Shown here: positions 49,330-63,200 of the stretch, piece after piece | Position numbering within the stretch: the stretch's first letter is position 1 | Layout: the number at the start of each line of letters is the position of its first letter | Source of the DNA: Eledone cirrhosa | Lineage: Eukaryota | Direction of reading: 5' to 3' | Assembly (NCBI GenBank): GCA_964016885.1 | Contig: OZ024742.1 | Location: forward strand, 285,014,001-285,078,000 | Length of the DNA stretch: 64,000 bases | Notes under the pieces: generated by a model | Seen by the model: only the letters and a program-made list of their open reading frames with translations | The model's database searches: none | Told to the model about the DNA's origin: nothing | Program-made: the position numbers and the translations under genes

Positions 49330-49800
49330 GTCTACATTTAGTTTTATCATCGACAAGATTACATAGTGGAAGATCCTGTCAAAGGCTTTCTCCAGAACTT
49401 CAAATGTCCAGTACAGAGGCTTACTCTTAGATAAGTACTCCTCTTGCAGTTGTCTCACAGGGAAGTAGTATCCCTAACTGGCATAAAACCAAACTGCATC
49501 TTGATTCTAGCTTTAATTAGTTGGGCTATAACTTTTTCAGTTACCTACATGATCTGGTCCATCAACTTGATGCCTATTAGTTACCAATCTGTAGTGCATC
49601 TTCTTTCCCCTTGTAGCAGTTTACAATGTTACTGCTGTGCCAGTCATTGGGTATGATACCATGCATCTGACTAGCTTGTAACCTTCTCTGTCGGATGTTT
49701 TTTTAAATATCTCAGCAACTATACTGGATGGTTGGGCTGCCTTCCTCTACCTTCATATTCTTAACTGTTTTGTTTATCATACTGCTACCACCTTTTATTG
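49330..49800 (-). mobile_element. Degenerate RTE RT fragment in a ZNF-C intron
   Basis: Reverse complement aligns with the RT start at 61550-61980 (IKLMDQ.M, MQFGF motifs). Confidence 0.65.
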
Positions 49801-50331
49801 CTAGTACCTCAGCTGTAAGCCTTGAATATGATTTCTCTGGATCATCCCTTCAATAACCTCTATTAACAACAAGCATTTTAAGGCCATTTTCCATGTTAAG
49901 GTGAGGGTTAGCCTTATTGACCCTATGATAGGTTTCCCCATTTTACCCTATCCTTGGCTTTCATTTTTTCTTCTTTATCATTTTTAACCATGTCTTTCTT
50001 GATCTTCTTCCACTTCCTCCCGCATTCATTTCTATCACTCCTTTTTCCCAGTCACTTTCATACTTCCTCAACACATGATCTTGACATTTCATTTCTTTTC
50101 ACAACATTCATCACTGGCTCTATTCCAATCATCCTCTGTTAGCATTTCATTGTCCTTGATATCTTAGACTGTTTAATTTTATTATTTCAGGGAACTTGTC
50201 ACCAGTGATACATTAATGAAGAATGACATTATTCAGAAGACATGTGATATCACATATATAACTTTGAAGTAGTTGATGTATTTATAAAGGAAGGATTTAA
50301 ATTTGTATCTAATGAACAATAGACAAACATT

Positions 50332-52149
50332 ATGGCGGAGACTTTATGTAAGAGTGAGGTTCTTGATGAAACAAAATCTGATAATACAGATTTATCACAT
50401 GAAATAACATCTGATAATGCAGTATTATCTCATGAGACAAAATCTGATAAAGATTTAGCTCTGAAGAAACAGTTAGATATAACTAAAAACTTGTACACCT
50501 GTGATGTATGTCTACTAATATTCTCTGATATTGGAAGTCTGACTAATCACAAACATATTCACTCAGACAAAAAACCATATCTATGTAATATCTGTGGTAA
50601 AAGTTTCTCACGGAAAACTAATTTAACTCGTCACAAGCATATACATTCAAGAGAAAAATCATGCCACTGTGATATCTGCGGTAAAACATTCTCAACAATC
50701 GAAAATTTATCTTCTCATAAAAGTATTCATTCAGTTAAGAAACCACACCAGTGTAATGTCTGTGGCAAAAGATTTCCTAGAGGAGCTACATTAAATCGTC
50801 ATAAACGTATTCACATTGATAAGAAGCCATATGAATGTGATGTCTGTGGTAAAGCCTTTTCTCAAAATGGCAATTTAACCTCTCACAAACTTATTCACAC
50901 AGGAGAGAAACGATACCACTGTGATATTTGTAGTAAAACATTTTCTCGGAGTGAATATTTGAAACGACATATACGTATTCATACAGGAGAAAAACCATAT
51001 GAATGTGACATATGTGGTAAAGCTTTCTCTGGGAGTGCAAATTTAACTTGTCATAAACGTAGACATACAGGTGAGAGACCATACCACTGTGATGTCTGTG
51101 GTAAATCATTTTCTACAAGTGGAACTTTATCTTCTCATAAACGTATTCATTCAGGTGAAAAATCATACCAGTGTGATATCTGTGGAAAAACATTCTCTCA
51201 AAATGGACTGTTAGTTAATCACCGAAGTATTCACACACGCGAAAAGCCATACTACTGTGATATCTGTGGTAAAAGGTATTCTGTAAAAGGGGATTTGACT
51301 CGTCACAGTCGGATCCACACAGATAAAGCTTATAAGTCTGATGATACCTCTGATAAAAAGTTAAATGAAAGAGAGCACTTAACTTCTCAGGAACTTATTG
51401 AGGCAGAAAAACCATACCAGTGTGACCTCTGTAATAGAAGGTTTACGGAAAATAGATATTTGATTATGCACAAACATATTCACACAGCTGAGAAACCATA
51501 TCGGATTGAGGAGCTTTGTAATAAAAAGTTTAATGAAGGTGAAAATTTAGAAAACCATCATGAGTGTGATCTCTGTGGTAAGGTATTTGCACAAAAGAGA
51601 TATTTAATAAGGCATTCACATATTCATTCTGGTGATAAACCATTTCATTGTGATGTCTGTGGTAAGGCATTCTCTCAAAATGAGTATCTGACACTTCACA
51701 AGCGTATTCACACCGGAGAAAAACCATATCCCTGTGATATCTGTGGCAAAGCATTCTCAACAAGTAAAAGTTCAACTCGTCACAGACGTATTCACACCGG
51801 AGAGAAACCATACCACTGTGATATCTGTGGTAAACAATTCTCTGAAAGTTCAAAATTAAATCGTCATAAAGATACACACACGGGTGTGAAACCATACCAC
51901 TGTGATATCTGTGGTAAAGCATTTTCAGTGAAAGCTAATTTAAATCGACACAATAATATACACAGAGGAGAAAACTCCTGTCACTGTGATGTCTGTGGTA
52001 AAACATTTTCATCAATTGAAAATTTATCTTTTCATAAATCTATTCATTCGGATGAAAAACCATACCATTGTGATGTCTGTGGTAAAATCTTCTCTGAAAG
52101 TAAAGCATTAACTATCCATAAACGTATCCACATGGATGAGAAAACATAA
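50332..52149 (+). CDS. ZNF-C: tandem C2H2 zinc-finger protein, 605 aa (18 canonical + 2 degenerate fingers)
   Basis: Intact ORF with TGEKPY linkers; acceptor ttttattatttcag|GG at 50190/50191; N-terminus homologous to ZNF-A. Confidence 0.95.
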   Translation: MAETLCKSEVLDETKSDNTDLSHEITSDNAVLSHETKSDKDLALKKQLDITKNLYTCDVCLLIFSDIGSLTNHKHIHSDKKPYLCNICGKSFSRKTNLTRHKHIHSREKSCHCDICGKTFSTIENLSSHKSIHSVKKPHQCNVCGKRFPRGATLNRHKRIHIDKKPYECDVCGKAFSQNGNLTSHKLIHTGEKRYHCDICSKTFSRSEYLKRHIRIHTGEKPYECDICGKAFSGSANLTCHKRRHTGERPYHCDVCGKSFSTSGTLSSHKRIHSGEKSYQCDICGKTFSQNGLLVNHRSIHTREKPYYCDICGKRYSVKGDLTRHSRIHTDKAYKSDDTSDKKLNEREHLTSQELIEAEKPYQCDLCNRRFTENRYLIMHKHIHTAEKPYRIEELCNKKFNEGENLENHHECDLCGKVFAQKRYLIRHSHIHSGDKPFHCDVCGKAFSQNEYLTLHKRIHTGEKPYPCDICGKAFSTSKSSTRHRRIHTGEKPYHCDICGKQFSESSKLNRHKDTHTGVKPYHCDICGKAFSVKANLNRHNNIHRGENSCHCDVCGKTFSSIENLSFHKSIHSDEKPYHCDVCGKIFSESKALTIHKRIHMDEKT

Positions 52150-52286
52150 TATTGTGACATCAATAATAAAACATTTTCATAAAATGGTTGTTTTAACTTA
52201 CCTTAAACTTAATCTCATAGGAGAGGAACTACATCACAGACATCTGTCCTAAAATATTTCTCTGAATGCCTGTCACAAAAAGTATT

Positions 52287-52727
52287 CATCATCATCATCA
52301 CTTTTACGTTTGTTTTTCCATGCTTGCATCGGTTGGACGGGTCCTTTTCAGCATCTCTCCACTTGCCACGTTTCTTCATCTCCTCTGTGAGTCACAGCGA
52401 TTTGAGGTCAGCTCTCACCTCCTCTACCCAGTCCTTTCTCAGTCTACATCTACTGCGGCTTCCTTCCACTAGCATTTCCTGGCACTTCTTCACCCATCAA
52501 CCATCATCCATGCTCATCACATGCCTGTACCAAAGCAGTCTTCTCGCCTAAACACCACCTCAGATTTCTCTTAAACCCAGCTTCTCCTTCAGCTCATCCA
52601 AGCTCTGCCTTTCTCTCACATTTACATTGCACATTCAATGAAGCAGAGCTGCTTTATTTCTACTCTTATCTTCTGTTGTCACTGCCCATGTTTTTACTAC
52701 TATGCAACATCACACTTTGCATACAGG
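52287..52727 (-). mobile_element. RTE LINE 3' fragment inserted in fossil fingers behind ZNF-C
   Basis: (CAT)n tail on the plus strand followed by reverse-complemented ORF2 C-terminus. Confidence 0.85.
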
Positions 52728-54319
52728 TTAAAAACAGACATGAATGTTATATCTGTTGTAAATCATTCTTTAGAGATGGAAATTTAACTTGTTGTAAATA
52801 TATATATATATAGAGGTAGAAAACCATTTCACTGTGATAAGTAATTTTTGCTAAATTGAAGCTTGTCTTATCAGACATCCATTCATGTGAGAAACCTTGC
52901 TAGAATGATTAAATTGGTAACTGGAAGAGAAACATTCATTTATCTATGGGTCCCTACTAATTATGTAGAATCCTTGCATTGCTTCCAAAACCACGCTCTA
53001 CACATTCAGCAAACCATCCTACAAACACTCCTTTCTAATGCCTCCTGTTTCATCATCATAAACACAATCATTCCAAAATTATAGTCTTATGAAGATGTGT
53101 CCCCTCTTTAATCCTAAAACTTCTGCATACAACAACATCCATAAACAGGTCTCTTTCAGTGGAGATATGATTTTCAACTGCACAAAAACACACATCGAGG
53201 ATCAATCTTATCTTTCATCCTCTATAGTCGTGAACAACACAATAAAAAAGTATAAAGGCAGTAAAAAGTGTTAGACTTCACAATCTTAAATGATTTCTCA
53301 TGGTGACCTTTTTTACTAAGCAATTCACCTGATCCTTAATTCACAGATCTATAACTTTCTGGCAGAACACATTCATCATTATCATCATCGCTTTTACATG
53401 CTCGCATGGGTTGGATGGGCATTGTCCTCGTAAACATCAACTTATACATGTTGGAAATAAACATCAACATCATCTATCTGGAAAAGACTGACTAATTTAT
53501 AAATATCTCAACCACACGTCTTAATTCAAATGAATTAAGTACAGGTATCCACAATTAATCATTAAATGGTGTAGATTTGGCAATAGGTATGAACATAGGC
53601 TGCATGCATGATTCTGTGGAAAATATTAACTCTAGACATGTTTACCTCCAAAGCTATTTCATAGGAAGACTAAATATATTCTCTGTGGTGTGTATGCAAT
53701 ATCTGTGGTAGAAAAGTTGCTTTGATCACAAACATATTCATAGTTGATAAACTTATACTGTGATTGATACAGTATAACTGAAGGTGCATGGCCTGGTGGC
53801 TAGGGTGCTAGACTCATGGTCATAAGGTCATGCATTTGATTCCTGCGTCTGTGGCATATTGTGTTCTTAAGCAAGATATTTCATTTCACATTGCTTGTCC
53901 TTAAAACACCTAAGAAACCTCCTATGAAATAAAACTCTGTAAGTAGTCAGCTAAGCCTGCATATGTATGAGCTGTAAATTTCATTTTATCCACAGGACAT
54001 TGTTTTCTCAAACATATTTATCAGTTGATATTTATGATAAAATGTCCTTAGAGAATGTGATTCTAACTATTCTGAAATATATTGATACAGTTGTAATACA
54101 TCTCTTACAGGTATCCTATTGTGATTTGTTGTGTTGTGACAATGTTTTTTACAGTTATGATAATGGTATGTTCTTACTGTTCATCATCATAAAAAAACAA
54201 GATGCTGATAACGATGAGTTGTGCAACAATATTGTTGTTATAACTGGAAAGAAATTGTCATAATGGAATACTTATGAGATGTATCAATGCCAAAACAATT
54301 ATGAGCACAGAAACAACAA

Positions 54320-57234
54320 AAATATGAAGACGTCACATCTCAGTTATAACACTTAATGTTAGCACTCTCACAGGTAGATTTGGTGAAATAGCGGAGATGC
54401 TGGAGAGAAGGCATGTGAATGTGTGCTACGTGCAAAAGGTGAGATGGAGAGGTGCCTCTGCGAGACTAGTCGCAGGCAAACATCTTAGCTATCAGCTTTT
54501 CTGGGTAGGTAAGAATGATGGGTTAGGGGGAGTAGGCATTTTCCTGGCTGAGAGATGGATCAATAAGACGATAGAGGTAGTTCGAGTTAATAATCAAATA
54601 ATTAAGCTTAGATTAGTTGTAGGCAGGAGACTACTGACAATCATTTCTGCCTATGCTCCTCAAGCAGGCCTAGGCAAAGAAGAGAAAGACTGCTTTTACG
54701 AGCAACTTTTACAAACAGCCGCAATTACTGTGGACGGAGACATCGTTATGCTAGCAGGGGACTTCAGTGGTCATGTTGGACAGCTCCAGGATGGTTACAC
54801 TGGGGTACATGGGCAAGGTTACGGCCAAGAAATGAAGGAGTGGGACTTTTTGTGATGCAAGTACACTGACTATTTGGAACACTAACTTCCAGAAACCTGC
54901 CAAGCACATAAGCCAGATTGACTTCTTACTAGTTAGGCAGATGATGTCAAATACCAAGGCATACCCTGGGGAAGATTGTACCCCACAGCATAGGTTAGTC
55001 GTTAGTGATATCTCAGTAAGCAAGAGATGGAATGAGACATACAGGAAGGTGTGGAGAAGAAAGGTCTGGAAGCTAAAAGACCTTTCACTAAAATATAAAT
55101 TTAGGAAAGCCCTTCAAGATGTGTATGACGAAAAAGAAGACGATTTAGAGTCGTATGACATAGATAGTAACTGGAATTTCTTACGTGACAACTTACTGCA
55201 GGCTACTGATGAAACTTGTGGCTGGAGCAGAGTTCCAACCAGACGGAGAGTGACCTGGTGGTGGAACAGCACAGTAGATAGGGCCATTGGAGACAAAAGA
55301 CTAGCATGGAAGGGTGGGAGTAGAGAAGGATATACAGCCGCTAAGAGAGAAGCTAGACGTTGGGTGTACTTAGCACGCAGGGAGGCTGAGAGTTGGAGGT
55401 TTGCCAATGTTCTGCGACGGAAAGAGGCATGCAGTGTTTCATATTGCAAGGCAGTGTGTCAATGCAAATCAGGATGTTGGAGATAAATGTGTCCGGAATG
55501 ATGCCGGTGTACTTTGTGTCACGAATGATCTGGAAATGTCATTATGAGAGACTGATGAATGTGGAGAAAGAATGGGAGAGCGAAATTACCCTCAGTAGAT
55601 CCAACAGGGACCAGCTATTGAGATTGACGAATATAGGGTCCAAGAGGCGATTAAGGAAATTAAAAAAAAAAAATGGTAAGGCTGCTGGACCGTCGGGGAT
55701 AGTTGCTGAGATGCTGAAGGCATCAGGGGACGTAGGCACTAAACTGGTTGCACGCATCATCAATCGGGCTATATATGGTGGTGTCATACCCAAAGACTGG
55801 TGCAGCAGTATAAATTGCTACAAAAGTAAAGGGGATGCTCTGGAGAGGAGCAATTATAGGGGTATGAAAGTGGCAGAAAGGATATTAGCACAATTAATTA
55901 GAGAAAGGGTCAAACTAGATGAGATGCAGTTTGGTTTTGTGCCTGAGAAAAGTACAACAGATGCCCTCTTCTTGGTGAGACAATTACAAGAGAGGTTCTT
56001 AGAGAAGAATAAGCCACTATACTTAGCCTTTGTTGACCTAGAGAAGGCCTTTGATAGGGTACCCCGATCTGTCATCTTGTGGTCTCTGAGGAAACTAGGT
56101 GTTGAGGAATGGCTTATGGGGACAGTGCAAACTTTGTACAGAAGTGCTGTCAGTAAAGTCAGGGTAGGAATGGAGTTTAGTGAGGAATTCCAGATACAAG
56201 TAGGAGTATATCAAGGTTTGGTCCTCAGCTGGCTCTTGTTCATTATAGTCCTCCAAGCCATAACAGAGGAGTTTAAGACTGGCTGTCCATGGAAACTTCT
56301 CTATGCTGATGATCTGATTCTTATAGCAGAATCAGTAGAGGAGCTAGAGAATAAATTCTGGCTATGGAAACAGCAGTTGGAAGCAAGAGGACTGAGAGTG
56401 AAACTAGCTAAGACAAAAGTGTTGATGAGTAGAAAAGAGGACAAAACTCTGATTCCGTCAGGGAAATGGCCATGTTCAATATGCAGAAAAGGAACTGGCA
56501 TAAACTTTATAAAATGCACACAATGCAGATCCTGGGTACACGAGAGATGTAGTGAGATAGCATGCAAACTAACAGGTAGGGAGAAATACGTATGCAGTAG
56601 ATGTACAGGGAAATTAGACAGTAGAAGTCGCATTGATAGACACATTTTTCAAATGCAGGCGGGTGCTATAGAAGTGGTGAATAGCTTCCGGTACCTAGGA
56701 GATCAGATTAGCATGGGAGGGGGGTGTTCCGAGGCCATAGTATCTAGAATAAGGACGTGTTGGGAGCTGCTGACGAAGAAGGGTTTCTCCCTGCGTACGA
56801 AAGGCCGGTTATATGGTGCCTGTGTGAGGAGTGCGATGCTGCATGGTAGTGAGACATGGGCAGCAACTGCAGAGGATATGCGATGGTTGGAGAGAAATGA
56901 GACAAGCATGCTCTGTTGGATGTGCAATGTCAATGAGCGTGGACGACCCAGCATGGATGTGTTGAGAGAGAAACTGTCTGAGAGGGATAGAATGTAGTGT
57001 GCGAGAGAGGAGACTGCGGTGGTATGGACATGTGATGCGCATGGAGGATGACTGATGGGTGAAGAAGTGCCAGGAAATGCCAGTTGAAGGAAGACGTGGT
57101 AGAGGTAGACCACGAAAAACATGGGCGGAGGTGGTGAGAACAGACCTCAGATCGCTGAAGCTCACGGTGGAGATGCTGTACTGAATAAGACCTGTCCCAT
57201 CCTTGCAAGCAGGGAAAAGCGGACATAAAATGAG
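54320..57234 (+). mobile_element. Near full-length RTE LINE (APE endonuclease + RT), frameshifted
   Basis: ISAYAPQ, AGDFSGHVG, QFGF, FVDLEKAFDRV, LYADD, FRYLG, HGSETW; longest ORF 55393-56997. Confidence 0.95.
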
Positions 57235-57479
57235 TTAAAGTTGAGTTTTTAGTGCTATTGTGACATTTTAGTAGAAGTGAGAGTAATACAACACAGTTAT
57301 ATTTCACCATTTGTGGCTCCAGAAAACACTATTTTATCATATGATGTTATACGTGGTTGAGAAGGGTTTTGATAAATAAACAAATTTAAATTTTCATAAA
57401 TGTAACTTCCATGACAAAATATTTCCATGTTACATTCTTCCAGAAGATATTTTTATTTTATATATATATATATATATGT

Positions 57480-58645
57480 CATCTGCCCACGTCTTTCTCC
57501 ATCTACCTCTATTGCGGCTTCTTTCCACCTGAAACTTCTTCACCCATTGATCATCATCCATGCGCACCACATGTCCATACCAACATAGTCTTCTCTCCTG
57601 CTCACCACCTCAGATTCCTCTTAAACCCAGCTTCATCCAAGCTTTTCTCTCACATATACATTGCACATCCAATGAAGCATTGCTGCTTCATTTCTCTCCA
57701 ATCTATGCTTGTCTTCTGCAGTCACTGCCCATGTTTCACTACCATGCAGCATTGCACTTTGCATGCAGGCGTCATACCGTCGTTCTTTTGTATGTAGGGA
57801 GAAAGAAAACTTTTGTCAACAGTGGGAGTAACTCTCTAAACTTCTTCCATCCTATCCTTATTCAAGCTATTATGCTCTCAGAGCACCTTCCTCCACTGCT
57901 AATTAAGTCACTTAGATAGCAGAAGCTATCAACCACTTCTATGGACCCTTCCTGTGACTTGAAGTTTATATCACTGCTGCTCTTCCCGTCGATTACTCCT
58001 GTGCATTATCTACATAGAAAGTGTTCTTTTCCTGTAAGTCTACCTGTTATCCCACTACATCTCTTGTGTACCCAAGATTTACATTGTGTATACTGTATGG
58101 AGTTTATGCTTATTCCTTTTCTACACATGGATCAGGGTCCTATCTTTTTTCCTACTCACTAGCACTTTAGTTTTGGCAAAGTTTACTCTCAGATCTTTTT
58201 GATTCCAAATTCCGTTTCCATAAACAGAACTTATTTTCTAGTTCTTTTATGGATTTGGCTATGAGGACCAAATTATCTGCATAGAGAAGTTCCCATGGAC
58301 AGCCAGTTTTAAACTCCTCTGTTATGGCCTGGAGAAAGCAGTGAGCTAAGAACTGAGCCTTGGACTCCTACCTGTACCTTGAATTCCTCACTAAACTCAT
58401 TTCCTACTCTCATTTTACTGACAGCTCCTCTGTATATGGCTTGCACTGCTCTCACAAGCCATTCTTCTACACCTAATTTCCTTAAGGACCACCAGATAAT
58501 ACATCAATGTACTTTGTCAAAGGTCTTTTCTAGATGAACAAAAGCTAAATACGGTAATTTATTCTTGACTAGGAACTTCTCTTGAAGTTGCCTCACTAAG
58601 AAGAGAGCATCTGTACTACTTTTCCCAGACATGAAACCAAATTGC
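57480..58645 (-). mobile_element. Degenerate RTE LINE, RT half
   Basis: Reverse complement carries QFGF, GCPWELLYAD, FCYLSD and WYGHV motifs. Confidence 0.85.
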
Positions 58646-59589
58646 TTCATATATTTATAAACTTTGTTTCCAAATCCTCATGACAGTTTCTGCATAAGCT
58701 GAACATAAAAACTGTTCATCAGTAAAACTTGGTCAAATCTCAATGTAAATTATGTAAAGTCTTTGGTGTCATTTGTAATTGTATTTTATATAAATGTATG
58801 AACTTTTCCATCAAATTGTTTGAAAATGTTTTGTTGCATTCCAATTTTGGATTAACTGTAATAATTTAAGAATTACATTGTAAAAGAGTAATTTTAACCA
58901 TTCCAAAAAACAAATAAAAACAAAAATTATTAAAATCACTTTACATTCATTATTTCTTGGTGTCAAATTTTTTTGTTGACTTTATATCAGGTCACAGTGG
59001 AACTGTCAATGACCATGTCACAAAAAGTGAGCCAAAAGTTTTGATATCACGAATAAAATGATATATAAAGTGAATTTAGGTTTTGCACATTTTTTTAATG
59101 ATTCCGTGATATAATTGCTTTAGTTTCAACACTTGATCGTAGATCAAATCACTTTTTAGACAAATATGATTCTGTAATAATTTAGTCTGACTATAAACAT
59201 ATGTACATCTGGGATCTCTGTATATCTTATGAGACCATGGGTTTTCTAGCAGTTACCAGTATGTTGTCCAAAGCAAAGGCAATGGCTGATAAAGCTTGGC
59301 AGCAGTAATATTGCAGGTGGATTCAGAACACCAAGGTGCAAAATAATGTAAATACTGCCAAGCATCATGTCTGACACTAACAATTCCACTAATCTCTTGT
59401 CTTTATTTTTAAAAGGATGAAAGGCAAAATTGACTTCTGTGAGGTATTGAATCTGGTGCTCAAATGATTTAGCGATCACGCAAACACTCTTCTTTATTTC
59501 AGGAATAGAAAACCAAATCCAATACCAATTCATCTCCCACTCTCCTCTCCAAGCTCTCATCTTCTTCCCACCCTTCTGGTGAACTCCAT

Positions 59590-60065
59590 TACTTCAGGGC
59601 TGGTACCATCCACTTAGACATGGTGAAAGGATGATCAGGTGAGATTGTAGAGATGCTTGAACGAAAGAAAGTTGACGTATGCTGTGTACGAGAAACTAGA
59701 TAGAGGGGAGGGTCAGCTAGGTTCCTTGTGCGTTAAAAACGATGCTACCATATTTCTTGGTGGAAAATGACAACGGTGTTGGGTGAAGTAGGGATCACAG
59801 CAGAAAAATGGGTAGATAAGGTAATTGCTGTAAGTAGAGTGAATGTCAGAATCATTAAAATTAGACTAGTACTGAACAGAAGAACCATGTCAATTATATC
59901 TGCTTATGCACCCCAATTCTATGAGTTCCTAATAGCCACCAGTGACTACAAAATCATTGCTGGTGAATTTAATGGGCATGCCGGGCAACACCGTGATGGC
60001 TTCAACAGGATCTATGCAGGTTATAGGTTTGGTGTTAGAAATGAGGACGGTTTCAGGCTCCTGTA
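59590..60065 (+). mobile_element. RTE endonuclease fragment
   Basis: AEKWVDKVI..IISAYAPQ..AGEFNGH. Confidence 0.8.
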
Positions 60066-60254
60066 AATCTGTGATGGAAAAACGGACAAAAATAATTTCT
60101 CCATTTTCTAAGAATATGTAACCCATGCTAGTATAGAAAATGGACGTTAAACAACAATAATGATAATGTGTGTGTGTTTATCTCTGCATATGCCTTTAAT
60201 GAGACAGCTACAATTAACTAATGTCTTTCATTTATTATGTTTTACAGTTTAATA

Positions 60255-63200
60255 GTTTGTAGAAATGCTTGAACGTAAGGAGGTTGTTTGCTGTATCCAA
60301 GAGAACAGGTTGAGGGGTGGGTCTGCTAGATTCATTGTGGGTAAAAAACGATGCTATAAGCTTTCCTGGGTGGGGTAGGAATCATGTTAGCAGAAAAATG
60401 GGTAGATAAGATAATAGACGTAAATAGAGTGAACGACAGAATAATTAAAATAAGACTTGTCCTAAATAGAACTACTGTGACAGTAATATCTGCGTACGCA
60501 CCCCAGTCCGGACTGCCTGGCGCTATAAAAGACAGATTCTATGAGACGTTAATGCTCACCACCTCCCAAATAACCGACAGTGACTACATAATTATTGCTG
60601 GCGACCTAAATGGTCACGTGGACAACATTGTGACAGCTATGATAGAATCCATGGAGGCTATGGGTTTGGTACTAGAAATGAGGAAGGTTCCAGAATCCTG
60701 GAATTCTGTGACGCAAATAACCTAACTATCTGTAATACTAACTTCAAAAAACGAGACAATCATTTGATCACCTATAGATCAGGGGAACACTCCAGTCAGA
60801 TAGATTATATCCTTACCAGAAGACGTGATAGAGTGTCTGTTGTAAACACTAAATCCCTCCCCCATGAAGAATGCACCTCCCAACATAGACTCATAGTCAG
60901 GACAAGACGTACTTGACAACAGAGAAGGACTATCCTCAGGAGAAAAATATGGAAGCTAAAGGACCCCACAACCAGTAATAAATTTAAAAGCATATTACTT
61001 GATGCTTGTGACAGTAAGGAAGATCAATTAGAGTCGTACAATATAGAGGAACAGTGGAAATTCCTGAAAGCTAACCTGCTGAAGGCGGCAGATGAAGTCT
61101 GTGGCTGGAGCAGGCCTATAGGCAGGAGGAGAGTAATGTGGTGGTGGAGGAGTCAATTAAGGCCAAAAAGCAGGCTTGGAAAGTATGGCGGGAGGGGGGA
61201 AGTAGAGAAGGCTATCAAGTGGCCAGGAGGGAAGCTAGGAGACAAGTGTACTTCGCAAGAAGGGAAGCAGAGGAAAGAAAGTTCAAGCATGTTTTACAAT
61301 GTGAGGACCAAAAACGTGAGGTGTTCAGGATTGCTAGACAATGTGTTAAGGAAAACCGTGATATTGTCGGGGAGAAGTGTGTCTTGAATGATGATGGTGT
61401 ACTTGCCATCACTGACGCTGATAAGAAGGTAGCTTGGAAGTATCACTACGAAAGGCGAATAAATGGGAGAAAGACAGTCTCCCCCACATCGATCCAATAG
61501 AGGGACCAGCAGTGCAAGTTGAAGGTAGTATAATAAGTAAGGCAATCAAAGATATGAAGACGGGTAAGGCGGCTGGGCCTTCGGAAATAGTTGCTGAAAT
61601 GCTGAAAGCATCTGGAACGGTGGGACACACTATGGTCACCTGGATAGTAAACCAAGTCATACAGGATGGGGTCGTTTCAAAGGACTGGCGTAGCAGCATC
61701 ATCATTAACTGCTAGAAGGGTAAAGGAGATGCCCTAGATAGGGGTAACTATAGAGGCATTAAATTAATCGACCAGGTCATGAAGGTCACAGAAAAAGTAA
61801 TAGCACAACTAATCAGAGAGCGAATTGATCTAGATGAAATGCAGTTCGGGTTTGTGTCGGGTAAAAGTACCACAGACGCTCTTTTAATTGTACGACAACT
61901 ACAGGAGAAGTACCTAGCTAAAAGTAAACCCCTATACTTAGCTTTTGTTGACTTGGAGAAAGCCTTTGATAGAGTCCCCCGCTCCATTATCTGGTGGGCT
62001 CTTAGAAAACTAGGTGTTGATGAATGGCTTGTGAGAGCTATACAAGCCATGTATAAAGAAACAGTCAGCAAGGTTAGAATTAACAACGAATATAGTGAAG
62101 AGTTTAGCGTAAAAGTTGGTGTTCATCAGGGCTCTGTTCTTAGCCCCCTACTATTTATTATTGCCCTTCAGGCTATAACAGAGGAGTTCAAGACCGGCTG
62201 CCCATGGGAACTCCTATACGCAGATGATCTAACGCTCATAGCTGAATCAATGGCTGAACTAGAGAAGAAATTCCAAACGTGGAAGCATGGCCTAGAATCA
62301 AAAGGCCTTAAAATTAACCTGTCTAAGACTAAAGTTCTAGTTTGTAGGAAGGAAAATAGGGTACCGGTCCCATCTGGGAAATGGCCATGCTCAGTGTATA
62401 GGAAAGGAGTAGGCAGAAACTCCATTTTATGTCCAAAATGCAAAGTATGGGTGCATAAAAGATGTAGTGGGATCACAGGTAAGCTAACTAAGAATATAGA
62501 TTTTATATGTGGCCAGTGCTCTGGTGCAATAAGTAGCAGCAAGTGCCCACAGAATACTAGCTCATTCCATTGCACAGATGGTTCTATAGAAATAGTGGAC
62601 ACCTTCCGTTACCTGGGTGACAAAATCAGCAGTGGTGGAGGGTGCTTTGAAAGTAAAGTAGCTAGAGTCAGAACGGGATGGAAAAAGTTCAGAGAGCTTA
62701 TACCACTATTGGCCACTAAAGGCAGGCTGTATGATGCCTGCATATGAACAGCAATGTGACATGGCAGTGAGACTTGGGCATAGTGTGCAGAGGATATATG
62801 CAGATTGGAGAGGAACGAAGCTTGCATGCTCCGCTGGATGTGTAATAGTAATATACGTGAACAGCAAAGCATAAACGAACTAAGGGAGAAATTAGGAATA
62901 AGAGGGATCAGATGTTTACTCGAGAGAAGACTACGTTGGTACGGTCACGTGATGCGCATGAAAGACGACAGCTGTATAAAAAGTGCAGGGCGATAAAAAT
63001 AGACGGTAGCCACGGAGTAGGCAGACCCAGAAAAACCTGGGACGACTTGATAAATTCCGACCTCACACACTTACACCTCTCCAAGACAATGTCACTGGAC
63101 CGAGATCTTTGGTGCTACATAGTAATACAGAAGACCCGCCTTGCCTATGTACAAAGCGAAACCTACAGTCAGTAGGCACCTCTAACAAAAATACACCCCC

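Noticed and set aside
55393-56997. 534-aa RT ORF as an active or domesticated gene
   Set aside because: Separated from the endonuclease by frameshifts, with a degraded QGxxLSP motif (QGLVLSW) and small deletions.
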